Of a stretch of 64,000 nt of DNA, positions 12,027 through 51,520 are shown one piece after another (position 1 is the first letter of the stretch; every line of letters starts with the position of its first letter). The DNA is from Octopus vulgaris (Eukaryota): positions 59,954,001-60,018,000 of the forward strand of contig OX597824.1 of the NCBI GenBank assembly GCA_951406725.2, written 5' to 3'. The translations under genes and the position numbers were made by a program. The notes beneath the pieces are model-generated. The model saw only the letters and a program-made list of their open reading frames with translations, did not search any database and was not told where the DNA came from.

Positions 12027-12992
12027 ATCAGGTGTCTTGGGGAAATTTCAAACCTGGATTCTCATTCCTGAAGTATTTTTCATTGTTGTTGTTATTATTA
12101 TTATTCAGGTCACTGCCTGGAATTGAACTCGGAATCTTAACCACTATACCATATGCCAGCAGTGGTTAAGAGCACAGGCTACTAACCCCAAGATTCCAAG
12201 TTCAATTCCAAGCAGTGACCTGAATAACAATAATAATATCGAAAAATACCTTAGGAATGAGAACCCAAGTTCGAAATTTCCCCAAGACACGCGGAATTCT
12301 GTTCTTGATTCGACGGTCATTCGGAATGCTCACAACAGCCATATTCTTACCACTCTATGTCACGCTGGTGAGACCCATATTGGAGTACGGGATTCAAGCC
12401 TCTTCTCCTTATCTCCTCAAAGACATACAGCATCTCGAATGGTTCATGGTCTCAAAAATTTGTCCTATGAAGAAAGGCTGAGGACGCTCGACCTTTATTC
12501 TCTTGAAAAACGCCGCCGCCGTGGTGATCTCATTCTCGCCCACAACATCATAAGCGGAAAGTGTAACCTCTCGAAAGAGCTGTTCTTCACTCCTGCTCCA
12601 GAGCGTCGGCTGCGGGGTCATTCCGAAAAGCTCTACCTGCGACGATTTCATCTCAATCGAAGGAGAGGAGCTTTCTCCGTCCGGGTTGTGGATCCGTGGA
12701 ACAAGCTGCCAGACGAGATGGTGAAGATGTCGACGACTGCTTTGTTCAAAGCCTCCCTTGACCTCAAGTAGCCTGAACTCTTTACATGAACACCACCCTG
12801 TACTTAACTCCATGTCCCCCTACATGGCCTTGCTACTTGCTTTTGAGCCAAATTAACTAACTAACTAACACCTGATGAAGGCTGGAAGGTATATCAGCCA
12901 AAATGTTGTGTTAACAACAAACAAGATGAGGACAAATATCCATCAAATGTAAATAATGTACATAATTCCTCATCTCTTAAATGTAGAACTGC
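12027..12992. mobile_element. Penelope-like inverted insertion with a tRNA-like head and a decayed hammerhead; interrupted by a CR1 fragment
   Basis: 12027-12157 is the reverse complement of 12160-12290 plus CTGATG. Hammerhead remnant CTGATGA-AGGCTG...TCAGCC-AAAATGTT at 12872-12907. Confidence 0.65.
12291..12867 (+). mobile_element. 5'-truncated CR1-clade LINE
   Basis: Encodes LYVTLVRPILEY...YEERLRTLDLYSLEKRRRRGDLI...FSVRVVDPWNKLP. (TAAC)n tail. Confidence 0.9.
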
Positions 12993-12999
12993 ATTATCA

Positions 13000-13410
13000 A
13001 CCAATTGAATGAAATAATGAGTGAACTTGCAATTAAACAACTGAGACTGGTCAATAGAGACAGGCCAATTCTCTTGCAAAACAGTGCTTGACCACATGTA
13101 CAAAGAATGCTACTCAAGTTACAGGAACTGAACCTAGAAGTACTCTGTCACCAGACCTTGCACCAACTATCACATCTTCCAAGCATTAGACAACTTTTTG
13201 CAAGGAAAAAGCTTCAAATCTGAAGAAAATGCAAAAACAGCATTTCGTGATTTCATCACCTCTTGCTCTCCAGAATTCTTTGTTACCAGCGAAGCTACCA
13301 ATATAATGGCAAAATTGTGTTGATAATTTAGGTGAATAATTTAACTGCATAGCTTTTTGTTGAGATAAAATAAACTTTCAGTTCAAAATTGGACATTTCA
13401 TTCTTAATGA
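13000..13410 (+). mobile_element. Mariner transposase C-terminal remnant
   Basis: Degenerate SPDLAP...HIFQALDNFLQGKSFKSEE...WQNCVD. Confidence 0.65.
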
Positions 13411-13419
13411 TCTTTTTTT

Positions 13420-15010
13420 TCTTTGTGGTTTCAGCTGAGAGCTGTACCCACGCTGGAGCACTGCCATTTTGCTACACTGTTATTACTGAAATCGTACTCT
13501 AATATATGGCACTTGGTGTAGAATGGAATTTGGTGTAGCTACCCTCATTTGCACCTCTTGCTGTGAGGTAGGTTTGTCTGGGACTCTCGACAGGGAGAGG
13601 TCTTGATTTAAAAACGCCTACATCTACTTTGTGCAGGTTCCTCAGGCTCTTTGGGAGAATATTAAAGAGCTGGGATCTTTACCTTTTGACCTACAGATTT
13701 AAATAATAATTTTTTGTAACTAAACACTTTCAAACTTCAGACACTCTTAGCATTTTTGAGAAAAACTTATATTTACGAAGTTATTTCATGTTAAAGTTGT
13801 CCCATTTCGGTAATTTCAACCAATCAATGATGTGTATTCAGCTGAATAAAATTACTGCTGTTGTTTGTCAACAAGAACTTCCGGCGGTGTATATTTTGTT
13901 TGTCACTGTTATTTATGACAACCCTAACCCTAAAACCTTAAAACCAGTACAAACGCATGAATGATGTCATAAATAACAGTGAAAAATTAAATATACACCG
14001 CCGATAGTTGTTATTGACAAACAACGGCAGTAATTTTATTCAGCTGAATACACGTCATTGATTGGTTGAAATTTACTGAAATAGGACTACTTTAATGTGA
14101 AATTACTTCATAAATACAAGTTTTTCTCAAAAATGCTAAGAGTAAAACATGTTTTATATGACACATTCTACCAGTGTCCAAAGTTTGAAAGTGTTTAGTT
14201 ACAAAAAATTATTTTTTAAATCTGTAGATCAAAAGGTAAAGATCCAAAAGCTGTGTGCCCCTGACACCCAGGCTGTTGCAGTAGCTGGTTCTGAAGCATG
14301 ATGGCACTGCTGGGATCTTTGGCACTGTGCAGTGTTGACATGTTCTGGCATTGGTGTAGCTTTCAATGCCAAAATTTGGCATAATTCCTTCCAGGATCTT
14401 CCAGATGTATATTACTGCATACCTCTCCTGCCTTCTCTCCAGGGAGTAGAGTCTTAGCTGTTTCAGCCTTTCCCAGTAGCTGAGCTGTTGCAAAGAGACG
14501 ATCTTCTTTGTGAAGCTTCACTGGATTGCTTCAAAGTCCACTGTTAATTTTACACAGTTGGGAGACCATAGCTGGGAGCAGTAATCCAGGCAGCTGAGGA
14601 TGAATGGCCTCCAGAGGACATCATGATTTCTTTATATTTAGTTCTGAATATTTTTAGGATCCATCCAGCCAGTCGTCTGCACTTTGTCCCCATCCTGGTG
14701 GTGTGCACTTGGAAAGAGGTATCATCACTCATGTCGATACCCAGGTCCCTCACTGATTTAGGCTCTGGGATTGTAATTCCCTGTGGACCAGTGTACCCTG
14801 TAAGTTTCATATTCCGTTTTGGACACTGGTAGTGCAGGGAATGGAATTTTTCAGCATTAAACTGCATATTATTATCCTCAGCCCATCTGCAAATTGAGTC
14901 CAACTCCTGCTGCAGATGTGCAACTTCGCTGGGGTTCTGTATTTTCTGCGAGACTTTCGTATCATCTGCATAGTCAGCAAGGGTGGCTATCCAGGGCAGT
15001 TGAGGGCATA
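13420..15010 (-). mobile_element. Degenerate CR1/L2-group LINE 3' portion
   Basis: YADDT-like motif at about 14960, then WAEDNNMQFNAEKF and SYWERLKQLRLYSLERRQERY. The frame resumes QLFNILPKSLRNL to the left of the MITE. Confidence 0.8.
13673..14245. mobile_element. Palindromic MITE, Merlin-like (GG...CC termini, 8-bp TSD)
   Basis: Inverted arms of about 250 bp run GGATCTTTACCTTTTGA...TCAAAAGGTAAAGATCC around AACCCTAACCCT. Flanks AAGAGCTG and AAAAGCTG differ by 1 mismatch. Confidence 0.8.
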
Positions 15011-16556
15011 TCTGATATATATATTATTTTTCCAAAGTATGTATTGTATTGTGTTGATGGACTTGTACTTAAAATTACCATATTTTTAATCAAAACTTGT
15101 TAGTTACTATGGTGACAACACCATCTTTCACATAAATTCTCTCTCAACAACTTTTTCTTCTTTTTTCCTGCCTAAATATATGTTGTGACAGGGGTTATCT
15201 TCTATTTATTCCTCCTCTTCTTCCCTCCCTCTATACAGATGTTGCTAGACAGGCAGACAGATGGAGATCAGCTTTTATGTCTAATTTTAGTACAAGGAAG
15301 TTTTGGAGTAGCAATACAGATAATTTATTCTTCTTTAATGTTTGACTTTATTTTATCCAGATCCAAAAGATGAACAGGAATGTTTTGACTGAACAATTTA
15401 AAGATAGATAACTAAATATTGCAAGAGAATCTTGTTCATCATTCTATTTTGTTAATCTCCACTGAACATGTCAGAAATTTCAAACTGATTCATTTTCATT
15501 AAACTTACAATTATTCACATTTTAATCCAATATGTCAAAATATTTCACTTGAGAATCAGCATATTCTTAAAATAACTTTCAGTCGTGTTATATTTGGGAA
15601 GAGTTATAATTAATAGAAGTGTGAGCATGTGTGATTCAAATTTTGATTCTTTGTTTGTTTTCAGACTCCTTGTATCATTCGACATTAGGAAGGGCATCCA
15701 GCTGTAGAAACCATGCCAAATCAGACTGTAACTTGGTGCAGCTCTCCAGCTTGCCTGTTCCAGTCAAACCATCTAACCCATGCCAGCATGGAAAGCAGGT
15801 ACTAAATGATGATGATGATCACATTTCATTTTTTTTAAATATCATATATTCCCAATTAAATAAAATTATTTTTGTCTTAAAACTTTATTCTAGATTTATT
15901 GCCAAGATTTAAGGCATTAATGAAATTGCAGAACTGGCAAGTGTTTCTTCATAAGGGATGGTTTTTTTTTTCTTTTTGTTTTCATTTCTTGTAATGCCCT
16001 CTGAATTTGCTTCAGGCACAACAGTGCTGACAGCTTTATGAAGCTGCAAGAGGAAATATGTAATCAGGCGTAAAGTTTAATATCAACATGACAGACTAAA
16101 TGAAAATTGAGATATTATGCAATCAACCACATACCTAACAACCTCATTTAAGAATATACATCATGGGTTGGGGACACTTCAACATATAATCCAGCAAAAG
16201 AAGGTCTTATGGGACTGAGTTAATATATTGATTTCTAATTTTAGCATAAGGCCAGCAATTTCAGTGGAGAGGTAAGTTGATTACATTGACCCCAGTCTTC
16301 AACCAGTACTTATTTGTTGACCATGTAAGGATGAAAGGCAAAGTCAACCTTGGTAGAATTTGAACTCAGAATGTGAAGATGGATGAAATGCATCTAAGCC
16401 CAGTGTGCTAATGATTCTGCTAGCTCACTGCCTTAGAACTGAGTTAATATATTGCCAGAAATACAGCATAAGAGAATTCAAAGATGCAGTCTTTAGTGTT
16501 ATCAAAGAACTAACCAAAAAACAGTTTGTTAATATCCAAATATGAACACACTTTAA

Positions 16557-16775
16557 CCCTTTTGATACCAACCGAAGACTACTTCTGGTTCTGGGATACA
16601 AATTTTCTGTTTTAAAATGATCTAAAAGAAAAACTTTTCATCAAAATTTAGTGTTAATTTATGTTCCAAACACCAGCTTCATTATGACAAAGGTATTTTA
16701 ATAAATTCTTCATTATTGTCAAAATTAACAGGAACAAAGTCAGTGCATTTCAACAGAAATATGGTAACAAAAGGG
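16557..16775. mobile_element. piggyBac-like MITE
   Basis: TTAA|CCCTTTTGATACCA ... TGGTAACAAAAGGG|TCAA. Confidence 0.65.
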
Positions 16776-17163
16776 TCAAACTGACACTTCAAATCACACA
16801 TATGTACAGATCAATATGAATTATAGTAAAAACATCCAGCTACCAGTCAGAATCAAATATATTTAATATAAAATTTGTTTAATTTCTAAAATTTAAATAA
16901 GCAAATTCATAGGAATTAGTCAACCATTTGTGGTGTTCAAGATCAAAGCTCATAAACGTCCAAATGTATTGGAAGAAATGGTAAAGGATATTGTTTTACA
17001 AATAATTAGAAACATTCTGTTAATTTGGGGTTTCAAAAAAATACATTTTATTATTTTTTTTCTCAATGTGGGAGATAATGTAAACATAATTGTCTAGTCA
17101 TGTGTTTGTTTATAGTTGTGTATGTAATTATATATAAACAATTCATAATACTAATTAATGCCA

Positions 17164-44428
<27,265 letters not shown>

Positions 44429-44649
44429 TTAAAACAAGTAAAGACAATTTCTGTAGCAGTATAAACCCCAGAATATGTTGAATACCTGCAATAGAGAGTT
44501 AAAAAAGGAACAGTTTGAATGTAGATGACAATGAGAGCAGGTGGAAAGGATAAGAGTGAAAACAACACAACAGGATGATGAAAATGATCATGTTGTCAAG
44601 TAGTGGTGCAAGACAAACACAGACACAATGACACACGCTCATACATATA

Positions 44650-44925
44650 TTGGGCCATCCTATAAATAATGCAGTTTTTTTTCAATTGCGTGAACTAAAA
44701 GTTGGAGAGGGACGGGATAAACTACCTGCATCAACATGCTATAAAAGCAGGTAGTAATTTTACCTTGTACTCATTCTTAGTGCAAGTTCTGAATAGTGCA
44801 CTTCGATTTTAAGTTATTTTTTCAAAGCTATAAAGGAAGTGAAAAAGGAGCATATTTGGCATATTTTGCTTTATGAGTTCAATAAAGGCAGCAACATAAG
44901 AGAAAGTGCAAGGAATATTAATGCC
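44650..44925 (+). mobile_element. Mariner 5' remnant (TIR plus transposase N-terminus)
   Basis: TA|TTGGGCCATCCTATAAATAATGC, followed by EVKKEHIWHILLYEFNKG...ESARNIN. Confidence 0.7.
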
Positions 44926-45929
44926 GGGTTTGCAAGACATCCTTGTTGGGCTCTACAGATCTTCCAGGACAAGGTTTGTCTTTTAGGCTGTAGTTTCCAA
45001 CTTGGAATTTCTGAAACCACTGCTGACACTGGCTTATGCTTATCATCTGAGCCCCATCATCATCGACGTCGTCATTTAATGTCCACTTTCTATTCATTTC
45101 AATTATCTTACCCTAAATCTCAAAAACTTCCATCTCATCATGCTCTGTCTTTGACCAGCCTAACTCTGGTCTCTCTCTCTCTCTCTCTGTTTTGATAACC
45201 ACTTGTTTCATCCAACACTATACCCTATATAAATTAGCTCATTCAGATTCCCCTACTTCATATTTAACACCTCACCAAATGGATTAGAATACCAGATGTG
45301 CAGATAAGAGACCTCGTTTTTCAACTAGCACACATCTAAACCTCTCCTTTTCAGCACAGATCATAATTACCTTCTTATTTCATTTCATCATTCTATTTAT
45401 TTCATTATCTATCTATGTAGACACAGTTTCGTCTTCCATGCAGTATGTTTAGAGAAAAAACTTAAGATCCCTTCACTCGATCAAGCTCCCCCTCTTTCAC
45501 ACTCATTTACTATTATCATCATTGTCATTTATTCCTTCATTGATCTAATTTTGTCACAGTTTGGCTGACCAAAAACTCTTGGTTATGTTCTAGTTAAGAA
45601 TTCAAATGCCCTGTCCTATCTCATTAATATCATTAATATTCTCTCACATCGGCAGCCTGAGTTTTTGCTGTTTCATGGTGCGCCAGCCCTTCCCACACCC
45701 TCCACCTGTACCGGAAGTCTCTATCCCCTGACTTTTATCGGATATTTCTCCTATGAACACCTCCAAAGGTTTAATGTTCCCCATCCCTACTTAGGGTTTA
45801 TCTCCTATGTAATGTGGTGACTATGTAGCGCATAAAAAATGATGGCGTAGTGTATGCAGGTTGAAGGCTATTGTATGTTTATGAGTTATGCCAAATGCAA
45901 GCTTTCTTTTCAGGTACATGATGCTGCTG

Positions 45930-46640
45930 TCCCCCATCCCAGGGTCTCACGGGTCCACACCTCCCATACCCTAAGGGTTGGTACACTTAACGTTGGCACA
46001 CTGAAAGGTAGGTCTAGTGAGATTGTTGAGATGCTTAAATGGAGACGTGTAGATTTGTGCTGCATCCAAAAAGTAAGTTGGAGAGGAAGTTCAGCTAGTT
46101 TCCTCACAGGCAAAGAACATAGGTATAAGATTTTCTGGGCAGGGAACACTGACAGGGTCGGGGGTGTGGGTATACTTCTTGTGGAGAAATGGGTTGATAA
46201 GGTAATCGAGGTAGTTGAAATTTGTGACAGAATACTTGAGATTAGATTAATGCTGCAACGTGGTTTAGCAACCATTACCTCGGCCTATGCCCCTCTGCCA
46301 GGGTTACCTAATGAACAGAAAGCCTGATTTTATGACACCCTCTCGCAGAATACCTCATTGATGACTGACGAGGAGCTTCCATGGCGTACATGGAGGCTAT
46401 GAGTTTGGTTCCCGCAGTGAAGAGGGAACCAGGCTGCTAGAGTTCTGCAACGCAAATGATCTAATGGTTTGTAACATTAATTTCAGGAAACCTGCCAGCC
46501 AACTATTCACCAGGAAACAGGAAAGATGGCTACTTATAAATGCCAAAACCTTCCTAGGCAAAGAATGTACCCCACAACATAGATTAGTAGTTAGCAACAG
46601 GATCAGGGTAAATGGATGCCCAGAAGACGGCCAGCATTAC
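45930..46640 (+). mobile_element. RTE LINE AP-endonuclease fragment
   Basis: LRVGTLNVGTLKGR...GGVGIL...SAYAP...QHRLVV. Confidence 0.8.
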
Positions 46641-48124
46641 TACATGGTGAAATCCTTCACCACCTTTCATCTCTCTATCAGTAGTTTTTCTTTGCTACCA
46701 TTAATTTTTCCCACTACCTGGAACCATTTCATTTGATATCCATCCTTCATCCTGTCCTCTCCATCAATATTTTACTTGTCTCCCATCCAAGCCACCAAAT
46801 TATCTCACATTCTACACAACCATACATCTCTCATTCTACCCAGTGTCTTTCTCTCCCCTTTCTACACTCTTGCAACCTACTCAATCACTTGTCATCTCTC
46901 TCTCTCTCTCTCTTCCATCCTTTCTCTGTCTACTGTCTCACCATTACCATTCTGTTACTCTTTGCCTCCATGCATCATTGGCCACCCCACCCCTAGTCAA
47001 GCATTCACTACATCCACTGCTCAATCCAGCCCAATCTCTACAGTTGTCACCTACTCTTCCCTACCATTCCACTCAACACTTGTTTTTCATTCATAATATT
47101 CATTGTTGCACTCATTCCCCATCTCTCACTCTCCCATACATTCTAGCAATCTCTACCCATCAATACTCCCAGTTCTGTTTTCATTCACTTCTACCCACCT
47201 GGTATCTTGAGAGTCCACACAGATGCCTCATCACTGCAATTTTTATCTCTTCCATGCACCACTTCAATCACTTCCTCTCTTTTAAAATGTAAGTAGCCAC
47301 ATCACTCCTCTAACGAAAAGAAACCTGTTCTGCTCTGGTCTCCTCTTTCATACTTTAAGCCCTCATCTCCTAGCATAAAGCCACATCTCTCAAGCTGCAT
47401 CAATAGTGTTGGTATAATGAAAAAGCATCCAGTACATGCCATAAAGTGAGTGGCATTAGGAAGGGCATCAAGCCACATAAACCAAGCCAAAGTAGACAGA
47501 GGAACACAATGTAGTCTCTTAACCCATCAGATCCTATCAAACCATGGAACATGGATGTTAAATGACAATGATGATATTGATATCATCATTGTCGTTTAAT
47601 GTCCATTTTCCATGATGACGTGGGTTTGATGGTTTGACTGAGGACTGGCAAGCCAGTAGGCTGCACCTTCCTAACACCAACCACTCCAAGTGTAGTGGAT
47701 GCTTATTACTTACCACCAGCACTGGCATCAACCACGTTTAGACGATGCTTTTTACATGCCACTGGCACGGGAACCAGTTGGGGGGCACTGGCATCGACAT
47801 GATATATATATATATATATATATATATTTGCTGTCCTTTTTGATTTGCAAAGTACTTGGTGACCCTATCGGTGATGGTGTCACATAAAAAGCACCAAGTA
47901 CACTCTATAAAATGGTTAGCACTAGAAAGAGCATCTAGCAGTAGAAACCATTCCAAAACAGACAATGGGACTTGATGTGGCTCCCAGCTTTGTCAGCTCC
48001 TGTCAAACCGTTGAAAGAATGCTAGCATAGAATACGGACGTTACAAGAAAGATAGATAGATGGATACAGTAAAGTGAGAGAGTAGCAATTTATTCCATTT
48101 GTTTGCAACTGTTTCATAATCTTG

Positions 48125-48161
<37 letters not shown>

Positions 48162-48906
48162 TGTGAATAGCCATTTATGCAAGGAGACTGAGAAGGGAAC
48201 TAACAGACTACCAGTGGAACGATTCTTGGTAGATGAAAACACATATATATATATATATATCATAATGGAAGAGTTATAAAGTATACAAAAATATATTTTA
48301 CACAGTACAAACAGAACTCAATACGTTGGGTAAAGTGTGTAGATGTGTATATTATTATTATACCAAAATTTGAGTTTACGTCAGATAATAAACTATTTAT
48401 AACAGTTACGAATAGAGTGGAGTAAAACTCGGAGTAGACTGTCGAATTTTATAATAAACATATCTACACACACTTTTACATATATATATATATATATATA
48501 TATCAGAATTGTCGTGTTTGACATCTAACTTGATCAGCGATCAAATATTGAAACTAAAATAATTACACTGCGGAAGAACCGTGTTAGTCATTTAACAACA
48601 CGGGAAAACTGTTATACAAGTCACTTTTGTTTATTTCTTAATACTGCTGTAAATAAAAAGTACCGAAAAATTTCATCACATTTTTAACACCTGTTCACCA
48701 ACGCAACACAGCTTTATATATATATATCCGTAGATAACAAGTATTACGTTATATACAACAATATGTTACATTAAAACAGTAGTTTGAAGCTGATGTTAGC
48801 TATGAACTGTATCACGTATAAATACTTATGTAAAGTGTCAACAACATCTAATACAATGTTTTGTTAGACATACAACATAAATAACAGTTTAGAAAAGGTA
48901 ACATAC

Positions 48907-48965
48907 TTGTCAGCAAATCTTCTAGGTGGATCGTCAGCAAGAAACGGTGTTATGTCACATGACTA
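48907..48965 (-). promoter_or_regulatory. SRP54: Candidate non-coding first exon / promoter of SRP54
   Basis: GTATGT donor at 48906-48901 (minus strand), local CpG retention and a GTCACATGAC E-box at 48954-48963. The ATG exon has an acceptor at 44485, so an upstream exon is expected. Confidence 0.35.
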
Positions 48966-49569
48966 GACGGTGTCATTATGAGTACTTTCACTGTATATTT
49001 AATTCCTATGTTAGTGGCTGAAAAAGACACGTAATTTAGTGACCACTCAATTTAATTTAATAATAATTTGGCGAACTATGCCAATTTATTTATTGGTATA
49101 TTTTAATCTACTTTACATCTTAGTTTCATTTTTCAGTGACTGTGACATTAAAGAATGACTCGTATGTAACCACAACACATAGACTATTCCTACCATATGT
49201 AATCGCGACACACCGTTTCTTCCATGTGTTTCTTTTAGAGAAAGTATTTTTTACATTTAATGACATTTGTGTCTTTCTCGGGTGCATTGATAACATAGAT
49301 AGAGATGGAAATACATGAGATAAACAATGTAATCATATTTGGCTTATACAATATGTAGCTATACTATAAAGTGAAGCTGTGGAGATAGTCCTGAGAATTT
49401 TTAATTCAGTTGCACTTCACTTTTGTTATTAAACGTCAGTCATTCCACTGGCAATCTCGTGTAAAATAACTCAAATTAAATCTCTAAATATTTAGTTCTG
49501 TGCAATATGACAAACTGCCATTCGTAAATTTAACATCTATTACTTATTTCAAAAGATAAGGTATCCGTT

Positions 49570-49642
49570 GGTTCTATGGTGTAGTGGTTATCACGTCTGC
49601 TTTACACGCAGAAGGTCGCGAGTTCGAACCTCGCTAGAACCT
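49570..49642 (+). tRNA. tRNA-Val (anticodon TAC)
   Basis: Acceptor stem GGTTCTA/TAGAACC, D-loop TAGTGGTTA, anticodon arm TCTGC-ttTACac-GCAGA, GTTCGAA T-loop, followed by a T7 Pol III terminator. Confidence 0.93.
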
Positions 49643-50353
49643 GTTTTTTTCTTTTTTATTATTTATTTATTCTAATAGTGTTGTAAATGAATAAGTCATT
49701 TATTCGGGGAGAGTATTATACTAAACCATTGATATTTAGTAATATTTTGGCTGATTAATTTATGTAGAATTAAAGCCTCAGATTTACTGCATAATGCACA
49801 AAGAAAACAATATTCTTATGGGACGGTCATTTTGCCAATAAACACAAACAATATTTTATTGATTTTCATTTTAGCTTTGTTATTAGATATTTCAACACAC
49901 GATTTTAACATCAAGAATCAGGCAAAAAAATAAAATACATAAAACGTAGAAAAAAGAGGTTTTGATACTTATAAATGAAGGGAAATTTAATGAAAACAAG
50001 TTTGGAAACTGAAAAACTTGGCATAAAAAAACATTTTATATTTTTCAACAAATTTTTGAATATTTTTTTTTAACCTTGTATTGTGAGTTGTCTTTAATTC
50101 TCTCAAACGCACTCAATCACATGTAAACCTTTTTTTAACTTGTTTCAGTCACTGGGCTGTGTCCATGCTGGGGCATCACTTTGAATGGTTTTAATTAAAT
50201 GAATTGCTCCCAGGACTTATTTTTAAAGCCTGCTAAATTGGAGGAATGTAAACAAACAAAGACTGGTTGTTAAGTGGTGTTAGAAAACACACACACACAC
50301 ACACACACAAATGTGTGTTTATCTATCTATCTATTTATATACCTCCTTGTAGC

Positions 50354-50437
<84 letters not shown>

Positions 50438-50514
50438 ACATATATACATATACATATATATATATACATATATATATGTACATATATCATCATCATCATC
50501 ATCATCATCATCAT

Positions 50515-51290
50515 ATAACGTCCGTTTTCCATGCTAGCATGGGTTGGACGGTTCGACCGGGATCTGGTAAGCCATGGAGGCTGCACCAGGCTCCAGTCTG
50601 ATTTGGCAGTGTTTCTACAGCTGGATGCCCTTCCTAACTCCAACCACTCCGTGAGTGTAGTGGGTGTTTTTTACGTGCCACAGGCACAGGAGCAAGCGCA
50701 GGCTGGCAAACAGCCACGATTGGTTGGTGCTTTTACGTGTCACTGACACGGACGCCAGTCAGGCAACGCAAGTAACTGCCACGCTCGAACGGTGCTTTTA
50801 CGTGTCACCAGCACTGGTGTCTTAACTACAATTTCCATTCGAATTTTTGATGTTGACGAACTTGACTCAACAGGTCTCCTCAAGAACAGCAGGTCACTCT
50901 ACGATCAAAGGTTAGCACAGTAGGCTGTCCAGCGAGCATGAACTCACTTCATTTGTTGGGTCTTCAAAGTCACGGTATATCTCCAGAGGTCTCGGTCTTT
51001 CGTCATAGCCTCTGTGAGGCTCAAAGTATGAAGGTCATGCTTGACCACCTCGTCCCATGTCTTCCTGGGTCCATCTCTACCCCGGGTTCCTTCAACAGTT
51101 TGGGAGTGGCACTTCTTCACACATCTCTCCTCGTCCATCCTAAGTACATGACCGTACCAACGCAATCGTCTCTCCACGCTGCATCCAATGCTTCTTATGC
51201 CCAACATTTCTCTCAGGACGCTTACACTCTGTCGTGCATGGACACTGGCATTACACATCCAGCGGATCATGCTAGCTTCATTTCTTTCAA
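50515..51290 (-). mobile_element. 5'-truncated RTE-clade LINE
   Basis: RRLRWYGHVLRM...PRKTWDEVVKHDL...DRDLWR with a (GAT)n tail. Same family as 8515-9210. Confidence 0.85.
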
Positions 51291-51292
51291 AG

Positions 51293-51372
<80 letters not shown>

Positions 51373-51520
51373 GTATATATATAATAATAAATGAAATTAT
51401 TGTATACAGTGCTCAGGTGCACCACAACTTGTCAGAGTATATGCAGTAATGTACAAATGTCTGGAAAGCAAACAATGCATGAATCAGATACGTGCTTGTG
51501 TATGTATGGAGGGGAGAAAA

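Noticed and set aside
46733-47292. Overlapping S/L/H/P-rich ORFs
   Set aside because: Pyrimidine-rich low-complexity DNA with no recognisable domain or splice pattern.
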